Shown here: positions 38,101 through 49,804 of the stretch, in pieces
Position numbering within the stretch: position 1 is the stretch's first letter
Layout: each line of letters starts with the position of its first letter
Origin: Sphaerodactylus townsendi
Taxonomy: Eukaryota
Reading direction: 5' to 3'
Assembly: GCF_021028975.2 (NCBI RefSeq)
Contig: NC_059427.1
Span: 78,616,001-78,680,000, forward strand
DNA length: 64,000 nucleotides
The notes under the pieces: generated by a model
Seen by the model: the letters and a program-made list of their open reading frames with translations, nothing else
Database searches by the model: none
What the model was told of the DNA's origin: nothing
Made by a program: the position numbers and the translations under genes

Positions 38101-39783
38101 CCAGTGAAAAAATTGGGATTTCTGCTCTAGAAGCTCCTTAAAACAACTTATTGGGTTCCTGACTCATTTTGCATTAATATCTCAGCATTACCCTTAACAT
38201 TGGAGGAATAAAATTTTGGTAATATTTATGTGAATCTGAATTAAGGGAGAACAATTACTTTTGACAGAAGGAATTTTCTCTTATTGTAGAGATTAATATT
38301 TGTGACATGATAGTCACCTTGGCATGCTGAGATAAAAGTCTGCATCAACAGCTGTCTTTTTTTCCATCTTAGGACACCCGCTCCCCCACACAATTTTCAA
38401 AAGTCATCTCTAGGTGTAAATTGGTAAATGAAAAACAAACAACCAGTGCACTGGAACACATAATCCTTGGCTACTGAACAGTTTACAAAGACAGGCAATT
38501 TGACAGAGAGACAGAGAGGAGATGATTAGGAAGACAGTTGTTTAAGTGGCAGTGGGGGGGAGCCCTCCTTCCTTATTAACACTGTTTAAAAATCAGTTTA
38601 ATCCAGCTCTCCAGCTACTGTGCCACCAGCATAAATCAAATCTGTCTAGAATTAACAGGATAAGCATTCCACATAGACATGCCCTGACAGTCTGTCGCCT
38701 CATGAGTAACCTGGGAAATTCAATTGGCTCTCTACAGACAGACAATTTGGATCACCAAAGACTGTAAAAATAGTTGCATATTAGAGATGTGATGGCAGTG
38801 CGTATCATGGTTGTTTTAGAGAGCACAACTGGTACACATAATGTAGGGCTGAACCTGCAGTTCTCCAAGAATTACAACTGATCTCCATACTTCAGAGATC
38901 ATTCTCTTGAAAATGAAATCTTTGGAGGAAGGACTCACATACCTGATAACTGTCCTCTACTCTCCCAATTTCTTCTCCCCCTAAGGTCCACCCAAAACCT
39001 CCAGTAATTTCCCAGTCCAGAACTGACAAACTTAACATAGCATTTACAGATTGAGGTAAGCAAGATATGGCCCTGACTCAGTTTACAGTCTGAACTGTGG
39101 ATAAAAAATCAATAATGGAAGAGGAGAGGGAGGAAGAGGCAAGTGTAACAGATGGTAACTTGTGAAGGCCGAGGTACCAGAGATGAATGTGAACAAGTTC
39201 ATTTGTTAGGGGTTCACTAAGGAATTAAGCAAAAATATTGATGACAAACACATATTTAAAACAGAGCTAGGGGCAACTGGGACACTTTGTTTGCCAGTAC
39301 TTACTACTAGAATGTACAATTATGAATTCCAAAATATTATTGGACCCGTTCCCAACCACGATGCAGTAAATGTTATGCATAGATGTGTATGAAATAAAAC
39401 AGCTGCTAATTTGATTATTTGAGGGGTATTTGCTCTGGAAGAGGTTAAATAAATTATTTTTGCTCTTTGTAGTATAGGTTGCAGTGTCACTGTACCAGCA
39501 CTTTTAAACCTTCTGAGCAACTCTTATTTCAAGGAGGGATTTGAAGGAAGAAGAACAGATGGCAAATACGAGTTCTAGGATAAGAGCAACATACAAAGGA
39601 CAGCAAGACAGAATGCCAGGGCCATTCTGTAACTAGTGAAATTTGAAGCTACAAGGGCTGGATTTATGCACAACATAAGTAAACTAAAGTTTAGGGATTT
39701 CAGATTATGACAGGACTGTAAGTACCAGCAATTACTACAGATTTCTCAATTACCCCTTTTGGTAATTCAAGGGGCATAAACTA

Positions 39784-39986
39784 AGGTTGCCAATTTTGAG
39801 CTGGGAAATTCCTACAGATTTGGGTGTAAAGCCTGGGGTGGGTAGGATTTGAGAGGAGGTGAAGTATAATGCCATTAAGTCCACCCCCCAAACCAATCAT
39901 TTACTCCATAGGAATGTATTTCTGTAGCCTGTAGATCAGACTTAATTCCTGGAGATCCCCATGCCCAATCTGGAGGTTGGCAACCT
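39784..39986. mobile_element. Old non-autonomous DNA element with AGGTTGCCAA TIRs
   Basis: AGGTTGCCAA ... TTGGCAACCT. Related degraded copies near 3470-3690, 21290-21565, 27836-28030, 38845-39033 and 42505-42713. Confidence 0.7.
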
Positions 39987-40367
39987 CAGCCTTAATCTAG
40001 CTTTGAGAGGAGCTGAGGAATGCCTGACCTGGAGAAAGAAAGCATATAGATTAAAATATAATGAGAAATAGGAACTAAAGTAGGGTGAGGAAAAGTCATA
40101 AAGAGCCATGTGATTTGGGCGAGATCTACACAGTGTTGGATATTATGCTGTTTTTGCCCCGTGCAACTGGATTTTCCTGTAGTGTTGAGACAGAAGGGAA
40201 GGGTTTGTTTCAGGTAAAATAATGTGTCTCATGAACAGCCAGAAGAATGGAAGCATTCAGAAATAAAACTACAGGCTTATTGCTTGGAAAACAAGGTTGA
40301 TTGTGAGATTGGCACCAGATAATAAAAAAAGGAAAACTTAGAAAGATTAATAGTATGGCATTGATTA

Positions 40368-40529
40368 AGGTTGCCAACTCTGGGTTAGGAAATATCTGTA
40401 GATTTTGGGTGTGCTACAACGTCTACTGTCCAAAGCAGTCATGTTCTCTTGGTGAACTGATTTTTGCTGCCTGAAGATCAGTTGTAATAGCAGGAGACCT
40501 CCAGCTGTCACTTGGAGGTTGGCAACCCT
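40368..40529. mobile_element. Old non-autonomous DNA element with AGGTTGCCAAC TIRs
   Basis: AGGTTGCCAAC ... GTTGGCAACCCT. Confidence 0.7.
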
Positions 40530-40988
40530 AGTCTTGGGCTTTTCCCACATTCTTATTTTCCTCCCTTGTAAATTCTTGTTTCTTGGGTGGGGGGAGGGGT
40601 TTCTCCTGTTTCACATGTGCTTTGCTCCTTCTAGTGGTCCATGGGATATCACACTGGTTTACGTCCAGCTTAAAAATGTGCAATGTAAATCTGCTGGGAG
40701 ATGTGCTGGACACAAACCTGTGTGATATTGAATCAACTACTGAAGGGGGCCAAACACATCCAGAACTGGGGCCTGCCACCAAAGAAGCAGGAACTTACAA
40801 GTGAGGAAAATGAGAATGCAGAAAAGCCTGACATATTGAAATGGATTATAAATGACACTATTAGAAGGCATTGGAGGGAGTGGATGTTGTGCCCAACACA
40901 CATAAGCACCCCATTGGCCCAGTGAGGGCATGGCAAAAACATTTCCAGAGTTGGAGATGATATTTGTTGGCTTCTACCGTAGTTTTAC

Positions 40989-41953
40989 GGCCAGTTCCAC
41001 TGCGGGCTGGGTCATGGACTTATACCACGCTTTTGGTGTGAGGTCCCGCCAGGCGTTTCCGCGTGAATGTGGCGTGTATAGCGAGGAAGAAGGCGTCAGG
41101 CGAGGCGTTAAGCGGCCCTTTAATGTACGGAGGAGTCGCGCCAGTCGGCGCCCGTCGCCCGAAGCGCTAAACCGGTAGCGAAGGCAGTTGTATTCAGAAA
41201 GCGCTTAAAACCACTCTTTTTCCCCATGTAGCGGCGCTCGGCCTTACGCACTTCGGTCACGAACAGCGCCCGCCGGGCTGCCGTCTGATGGCGTCCAGAC
41301 CTGCCGCGGCCATAGTCTCGCGAAGTATAGCGTCGCCAGGCGGCTTCAGCTCGCGGCTTCCGTCGCGAACCGTCACATTTCTCGCGGGGTTTCTGGGGCG
41401 CCATGGCTCCGCCCTATCTGTATGAGCGCTTTTTTTTTGGGATGCGTGCGCCAATTTCGCGGCGATCATCAGCGTCGCTTCTTTGGCCGTCGCGAGGCTT
41501 GACCTTAGGCCGCTCTCCGCGACGGGCAAAATACTGGCGACGCCGTCGCGAACGGTGCAGCGCCAGAGCAGATGCTCGCCGTTAGAAATGGCGAGGTGCT
41601 GCGAGTCGCTGCCGTCAGCGAAACGCTTAAACCGGGCGAAGACGGTATTCCGAAAACGCTTAAAACCACTTTTCCCTCTATGTGACGACGTGACGCCGCG
41701 ACTGCGCGTAACAGTCAGCCACGAGCTGCCGCCACAAATGGCGCCGGCCTGCACGGCTTCAAGAAAGTGGGCGATACGCGAACGCCGCTGGTGACGCCGC
41801 TCGCTGGCGCCTCCGCGGGCGTAACCGCCATATTTTCTGCTGGCCGCGGGATCACCGCAGCCCGCCTCGTCTGTGTGAACGCTTTTTTTTTGGGATGTCG
41901 CAATTTGGCGCACGCCATCGCTGGCCGTTGCTTTTACCGCAGCGGAAACGGCC
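40989..41953. mobile_element. CpG-dense ~1-kb Harbinger-like non-autonomous element with internal ~455-bp duplication
   Basis: Imperfect TIRs GGCCAGTTCCACTGCGG / CCGCAGCGGAAACGGCC; internal motifs recur at 41161/41621 and 41418/41871. Confidence 0.65.
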
Positions 41954-43611
41954 TTAGATTCTATGGAGAGCTTTCTGGTGGAGTTTTACACCCTCCCTGT
42001 GCCATCAGAAATCCCTCTGCAGGTGGAAGGGCAGTGCCTCAGTGGCACAATCCCTAGCCACCAAGAGCTACAGAATGGACTACCCATATGCAGGTGTTAC
42101 AGAAAGCTATGGAATTTGAGGAGGACACCCAGGAACAGAGTGTAGAACTGAAGACAACCAAGGATTCTGTGCAACTGAAAGCAGACCTGTGATCATAGTT
42201 AGTATGCATGTCACAAGCATAGTTAGCATGCATGTCACAAGCAGAAACAAGTCACAGATCATAGTTAGCAATGCATGTCACAAGCAGAATCCATAGAGCC
42301 TAAGGATTACCATTAAAATATTCAGAATACTGGGATGTTATAACTTTTCAAAGGCCATCCAGAAAAAATTCAAGATTTTCAGGCCATGATACTAAACCCT
42401 GATCATTGAAGAGTAACAGGCATGATATATTTGTGACCATGTTGGTCCTGAAAAACAGGACAGGTGTTCGTTATTTAAGTTCATCATAGTTAAAAGAAGC
42501 ATCTGGATTACATCTGCCAAGTCCAGTTTTGGAAATTCTTGTCTTGAATATTTGGGGGTAGGACAGTGAAGGGTGGTGTTTGAACAGGAAGGAACTCAGC
42601 AGGGATGTGCTACCATCAACTCCATAATTTCCTCCAAGGGAACTCACTGGCAGTCTGTAGATCTGTTGAAATTATGAGAAAAATCCAGACCTCATCTGGA
42701 GGTTGGCAACCCTAATCCAGTTTTACCCTAATCTAGTTTGTTGCATAATTTTAAGGCTGGATGTTCAGGAATAAGACATGTTCCAGTGCTCCAGTTCATC
42801 TGTTCTCAGCCTTATTTTGATTAGTACAGTAATTTTATAATACCTCTCTCCTGCTTGTTATTCATGAGAACAATTTGCTTTTGATTATACCATGTCTAGA
42901 AAATCTGGCAACCAAAAATTTTCAACAATCATGTATCTTTAGCTGTACTGACCCCCCTCCCCCACCCCAAGCAGCCATCTGGTAGATCTAGACTGCTTCT
43001 GAGTGTGTTGATGCATAACTGCTGGAAGATGCCTGAGGCATATGTATGACCCCTTGCTGGGCAAATAACTGTCCATACTTGTGCTCTCTGATGTGTTAAA
43101 GGAAACTAGAAATCTGCCAAAGTAGAGAATGCAAACTTCAGAAACAATAAATAGCCAAGTCATATATAATGTTTGCATGCATAATTTTCTATACAACAGA
43201 TGCATTATATATATTGTACTGAGCTAGTCATACCATTTATATGATTAAAAAGCAGCTTTGTATGTGTTTGCATGTGTATGTAATATATCCGTTATATAGA
43301 TAGTTGTGTACACTGTGTATGCTGTAATGCGAAATGCTGCTCTTGGGGTACAGGGACCTCCACGAACAGTATGGTAGTGGGTCAGATGTCTGCAGTGAGA
43401 GAGAATTTGCAAAAAGGGCCCCTTTCCATTCACAGAAATCCTCCACAGCATCTAACACTTTGCCCAGGACTTGTGAACTGACACCTTTTTAACTACCATA
43501 CCAGAGTTTGAGGTTGGAAACTTTTGCATGCAAAGCTTTTGGAACCACTGCCTCTTCCTGCAAACACATATTTGGGGATACTGTTGTAGCCTTAGTCATA
43601 CTCTGCTAATA

Positions 43612-45340
43612 AGAACATACGAACATAAGAACAAGCCAGCTGGATCAGACCAGAGTCCATCTAGTCCAGCTCTCTGCTACTCGCAGTGGCCCACCAGGTG
43701 CCTTTGGGAGCTCACATGCAGGATGTGAAAGCAATGGCCTTCTGCTGCTGGTGCTCCTGAGCACCTGGTCTGCTAAGGCATTTGCAATCTGAGATCAAGG
43801 AGGATCAAGATTGGTAGACATAGATCGACTTCTCCTCCAAAATCTGTCAAGGCCCTTTTTAAAGCTGTCCAGGTTAGTGGCCATCACCACCTCCTGTGGC
43901 AGCATATTCCAAACACCAATCACACGTTGCGTGAATAAGTGTTTCTTTTTATTAGTCCTAATTCTTCCCCCCAGCATTTTCAATGTATGCCCCCTGGTTC
44001 TAATATTGTGAGAAAGAGAGAAAAATTTCTCTCTGTCAACATTTTCTATCCCATGCATAATTTTGTAGACTTCAATCATATCCCCCCTCAGCCGCCTCCT
44101 CTCCAAACTAAAGAGTCCCAAACGCTGCAGCCTCTCCTCATAGGGAAGGTGCTCCAGTCCCTCAATCATTTTTGTTGCCCTTCTCTGCACTTCTTTTTCT
44201 ATCTCCCTCAATATCCCTTTTTTTGGAGATGTGGCGACCAAGAACTGAACACAGTACTCCAAAGAACAGTGGTCTAATCTCACTGCTTTATATAAGGGCA
44301 TGACAATCTTTGCACAGTTTTATTATCAACTCCTTTTCCTAATGATCCCCAGCATAGAGTTTGCCTTTTTCACAGCTGCCATGCATTGAGTTGACATTCC
44401 CATGGAACTATCAACTAAGACGCCCAAATCCCTTTCCTGGTCTGTGACTGATAGCACTGACCCCTGTAGCGTGTATATGAAGTTTTGATTTTTTGCCCCA
44501 TGTGCATCACTTTACATTTTGCTACATTGAACTGCATTTGCCATTTCTTAGCCCACTCACCTAATTTATCAAGGTCCGCTTGGAGCTCTTCGCAATCCTT
44601 TGCGGTTCTCACCACCCTACATCATTTGTTATCATCCACAAACTTGTCCACCCTGCTACCACCCCTACTTTCAGGTCATTTATGAATAGGTTAAAGAGCA
44701 CTGGTCCCAAAACGGATCCTTGGGGGACGCCACTCCCTACATCTCTCCATTGTGAGAACTTGCCATTTATACCCACCCTTTGCTTCCTGTTCCTCAACCA
44801 GTTTTTAATCCATAGGAGGACTTCCCCTCTTATTCTTTCATTGCTGAGTTTTCTCAATAGTCTTTGGTGGGGAACTTTGTCAAAAGCCTTTTGGAAATCC
44901 AAGTAGACAATGTCCACTGGTTCACCCCTGTCCACATGCCTGTTTACACCCTCAAAGAACTCTAGTAAGTTTGTAAGACAGGGCTTGCCTCTGCAAAAGC
45001 CATGCTGACTCTTCCCTCAGCAGGTCTGTGCTTTTCATACATGTTTATATAATTTTTATCTTTAATGATAGATTCTACTAATTTACCAGGAACAGATGTC
45101 AAACTGACTGGCCTGTAATTTCCCGGGTCCCCCCTAGATCCTTTCTTAAAGATTGGTGTGACATTGGCCATCTTCCAGTCTTCAGGGATGGAGGCAGATT
45201 TCAGGGATAAGTTGCATATTAAAGTGAGAAGATCAGCAATTTCATGCTTGAGCTCTTTAAGAACTCTTGGGTGAATGCAATCTGGGCCAGGGGATTTGGT
45301 AGCATTTGGTTTATCAATGGCTGCCAGAACTTCTTCCTTG
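43612..45340 (-). mobile_element. 5'-truncated CR1 LINE (RT domain plus 3' UTR)
   Basis: [77 protein letters not shown]; (TTCTTATG)-type tail; possible TSD TAATA. Confidence 0.95.
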
Positions 45341-45635
45341 TAATACCTTTACATGTTCAACTCAGGCACTCATTTTTTTAATTTTATTTTTTCATGATAA
45401 ATGTACCTAGCTGGCTGAGTCTAGCCAATATGGCTAGTCAATGCTGGTTATTGATCAGAAGTTGTGATGTCTATTTCAGACAGTTATAAAGTTTTTGGTG
45501 GCCTATTAATGCAGCTATCACTGCCTGCACAGAATCTTGTCTCCATTTCCAAAACCTTTGGGACACAGATGGAAGCAATAACATCTATAATATGTACAAT
45601 GTGAACTGTAACCAAGAGCCATAGTTGTAGCCCAA

Positions 45636-45915
45636 GGCCAGCATGGGTGGACTCTGGTGGACTCCAATCTGGAGAACCAGGTTTGATTCCCCACTCCTCC
45701 ACATAAGCAATTAGCTGTAATCTAGTGAACTAGATTTGTTTCCCTGCTGCTCCACATGAAGTCTGCTGAGTGACTTTGGGTTAGTCACAGTTTTCTCTGA
45801 ATTTTCAGCCCCACCTACCTCACAAGGTGTCTGTTGTGAAAGGAGTTTATTAACTGCTTTGAGACTCCTTACAATTGAGAAAAGCAGGGTATGAATCCAA
45901 ACTCTTTTCTCTTCT
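45636..45915 (+). mobile_element. Squam3-like SINE
   Basis: aatctggagaaccaggtttgattcccc head; aatccaaactcttttctcttc tail. Confidence 0.85.
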
Positions 45916-47639
45916 TTAAAGCACATAAAAAAGAGTTGTCAAGCAACTTGTATATCTTCCTAGATGGATATCCCCAAAGATACAAGTATGCAGTATTTAT
46001 ATATATATACCATTCCAGCCAATATTTAAGAAGGATCAGGAAACATGAAAGCAGGTTAAACAACTTTGATGTGACAAAACAAGATTCCAGATAACAGGCA
46101 TAGGATAAAAGTCAAGACAATGTAGTGGTTGAACCTGTGAAAATGTGAGTAGACACTCTCCTTCTCCACAATCCTCATAAATGTTTTGGCTGTTTTCTCA
46201 TAGTAAACTGCATTTTATTACATTGCTTGTATAACAATTGTTTTACATTTGGTTGCAAGCCACTTTGAGATTGTGCTGAAATGGTAGAATGGGGTAAACA
46301 TGATTTAAATAAAGCAAACACAAGTAGTCATCCTTGCTCTTAAATATGCTGATGTTGTAAAAAGCAGCAGGTGAGGCTAAGGTACTAGAAACAATCAAAG
46401 ACAGAAAAGAGTTTCAGTCCGACTGTTCTGAATCTTCATAGAACTGTTTTAAAGAAAAAGCCCTTCTCTGATCCTACTGTACTGTATAGCATATTGGCAA
46501 TATGTGACTTGCTAGCTCCTGAATGCTTCAGCATGGAGTCTGTTGTTTGCCCACAAATATTCATCAGATTATGTCTAAAGGTGTTACCAGGAAATGTTAG
46601 GAGAGGAGAATGAAAATTGCTCATATACTGGAAACAGTGAACTGTAAATTTTCTAGTTTCACAGTTCTTTACTTACTGAACACAATAATGTCTGTCCAAA
46701 CTAAGTCCCAGCCTGAGGCTTAATGGTCACTTTAAGGAACAGCATACAGGAGCTTGGAGTGGGAGATCATAACCAGATCAAAAAGTAAATAATGCAATGC
46801 CTGCTGTAGAAAGGACTGTCAGGTGGCTAGCCCAATGAACAAGTGGTTAAACTGTAAACACTGCTTAAATAGAAATAAGCTACTTTCTGTTCCTCCTTCT
46901 TGTTCTTCTACCTGCCCTGTTCTACTTGTGAACAAGTATGGAATACTGTTTAGTAAGTGGGTGAGGAAATTGTATTGTAGGAACAAATGCAGTTGATAAC
47001 CTTATCCCTTGCTTTGTTTGTTTGTTTTAAACGGTAAATGCTGGTTCTTTGGGTTATGAATCTGACCTGGCAAGTTTTGTATTTGTAACAACTTTGTTTG
47101 GGCAGCAAGATTTTAAAAAATAATCTCAAAATCTATAATCCTCACCAGCATTCCAAAGTAGTGCCTTTTCTTAATGGACTCATGTCAGTTCCATACCTTG
47201 GTATTCACCTGTCTGATATCCAGAAGTCAAATAACCCTTTCCCCATATTTACCTGAAATATGGCAAGTTTAGAATCAGGCAATAAAACTGCACAATATAT
47301 AATCATATTTACCAGTTGTTTTACCATACTTTTTATTTAATCCTGTCCATGAACACTTTTGATAACTACTGTGGGAATGTATTAATTTAGGAGGTATGTA
47401 TTATTGTGCAGCAGTCTGGTCCATTCCAGATTGGAGCAGAAACATTAGATCACCATGCACAAAACAAAACAGCCCCCCCCCCCAGAAGTGGTATCAAGTG
47501 TCATAGACAATCCCAATTATTTGAGTCAAAGTGGGGTGATGGGACACCACTTGTTTTGTCATTGGAGGACAGATGCCAATAAGACCAGCAGTATTTACAT
47601 GAATGTTCATGAGAGAAGATGCTCTTGGTTGATTGTCAC

Positions 47640-48110
47640 AGGTAATTGATATTAATCAAGTCACCACAGTTATTTCCATGGCAGAAAACCAGGATATTAT
47701 ATCATGCAAATGTTCACAAGAGCAACATTAAAAAGAATAGATGAGAGGATTTGTGCTTGTGACTATAACTTTACACATGGGATCATGTTTTGATAGTACT
47801 TCATCACTGGGACATAACCAGTATTAATTCCCTGTCAAGGGGACACTTAGGAATTCCACATAAGGAAAGGATATGTAGTGTTACTGGCTGTGAAGAATTG
47901 GTTTTGCGTGACCTGTTATATTGCCCCCTATATAATTTGTCTAGAAATATACATCTATGCCCATTGCTGGAAGGGACTGAGAACTGATTGGATGAACAAA
48001 GAGTTGTATTTCTCTTAAATGGTGAGCCCAAGGACAAGTTGGAACCCATGGCCAAATTTTTATGTGATGTTATTGCCTCACAAGCCTAACTGGTTCTAGT
48101 ATTGTAAGCG
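47640..48110 (+). mobile_element. Degraded RTE-X-like LINE 3' end (C-terminal Cys motif)
   Basis: GIPHKERICSVTGCEE...LLYCPLYNLSR resembles the PxxERxCxxC...LLxCPxYxxxR zinc-knuckle region. Confidence 0.5.
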
Positions 48111-49804
48111 TATTAAGTTTACTTATGCCATTAAAGGTTTCTTTGAACTTTGAAATTCCCTGTCAAGAACATAAACTTTGAAATTCCCTGTCAAAAACAT
48201 AAATGCACAGACTTTCTTCATGGGAGATGTTTACATCCCTTAAAAAGCAGTTATAAAAGAATGGTACTTATTGTAAGTCTTGTATAATTGGCTAATGGTT
48301 CTAATATCATCAGTTGCATAATATGAATAGCAATTCTTTTCTGTATAGTCAGAATAATTTATTCCTCTGACAATAGAAAAGGTGTATTCTATAAGTATGC
48401 AAACAACCATCAAGAGGAAATACTGCTTAAGTCATATTTGTACCTCAGATGGTACTTGGCTAGAACATATAGCTCCTCAGTCTGGAGAAAAGTCATGCCA
48501 GAGTTCCAACTAGTGTGGATGATCTTTAAATGCTGTTTTAGTTCACAGATGTAAAAACCTTACATGTAAGCTTCATTTGATTTTAGTGGAACCTGTTTCC
48601 TTATGAATTTGCTCAGAATTGTAGCCCTATATAACTTTTGGCTTTGGCATATCTAAGAACATTAACGAAGTATAGGTTTTCAAGGCTCACTGTTCTGAAT
48701 GGTATTGTTGTGTGGCTCAGTCTCACATTTAATTTGATAATGTGAAACTGTCAATTGTTAAATGAGCATCTTTACAGAAATTTAATATGAAATTAGTAGA
48801 AAGGTAGAAGGACTATTTATGTTGGACAGAAACAGTCAAGTTGGCCAGAAATTGCTTTGGTATTTTTCACAACCTGACCTTTCCTTTTCTGGATCCAGTT
48901 TTAGCTTAATGATTACTGTCAAATTGTGTTCCATGGAGTAATTATGGATTCTATTAAAAGTATTAAGAGATGGTAAAGAACATCTTTAATGTCTAACACA
49001 CACCCTCCCCCATTTTTCACAATTAAAGCTCCAAATTATCTTTCAACAGACCATTCCTAGTATACTATACTGAGAAATAAAATCAAGTTAACAAAGTATC
49101 CTCCTAAACCAAATTGTATTTATATTTTCTCTCTTGACCATTTCTGTTAAATATTCAATAGACTCTCCAAGTCAGCTTGAAGCAGTTTATTTGGCTGCTA
49201 CCAAGACAAAGGATGTGGTTGACAAAGATGTCATGATCCCTTTTCCCCCATGCTATAGTGAGACAGCTGGTCCTGGTACCCTAGACACACTGAAGAACAA
49301 ATATTGTTTGGCCTACAAGTCATCCAGCAGCTACCAGTTTCTGGGTCATCTGGGCTGGGCTTTAAATATATCAGGAAATTGCAAAACATTGATTTATCTG
49401 GTTGTTTGACCCTGCAGTCAATTTCAGGATAGATCTCAAGCCAAAATGAATTTAGATTGGGCCCTTACCTGAACGTCAACTTCTATACCCAGGCATCATC
49501 ATATTGTACTAGGGTGTACAGTCTGAAATAGCTTTCTAGAAATATGAGAAATTATTCTGTGTCTTCTGGAATATTTATGGATTGGATTCAGTGGAGTCCA
49601 CCTGCCTATCCTGGGCAAGAGGTCTAGAAATAGTGCCTAACCAGTAACATCTCTTCCCCCACCCCCTTCTACTCATTACTGAAAAAATTCCAGGCAATAT
49701 AATTCAATTTCTCAAAAATAAAGACAGAGAAAAAATTCTGTTAACCTTTGTAGCAGCCCAAAGATGGTAAATGGAAAAAAAAACCCAGCCCTCTTAAATA
49801 AAAA

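Noticed and set aside
42190-42290. Short direct repeats (catagttagcatgcatgtcacaagc x3; also 5222-5270 and 48146-48203) as CRISPR-like arrays
   Set aside because: Only 2-3 adjacent copies without unique regular spacers, in a vertebrate genome; simple slippage duplications.
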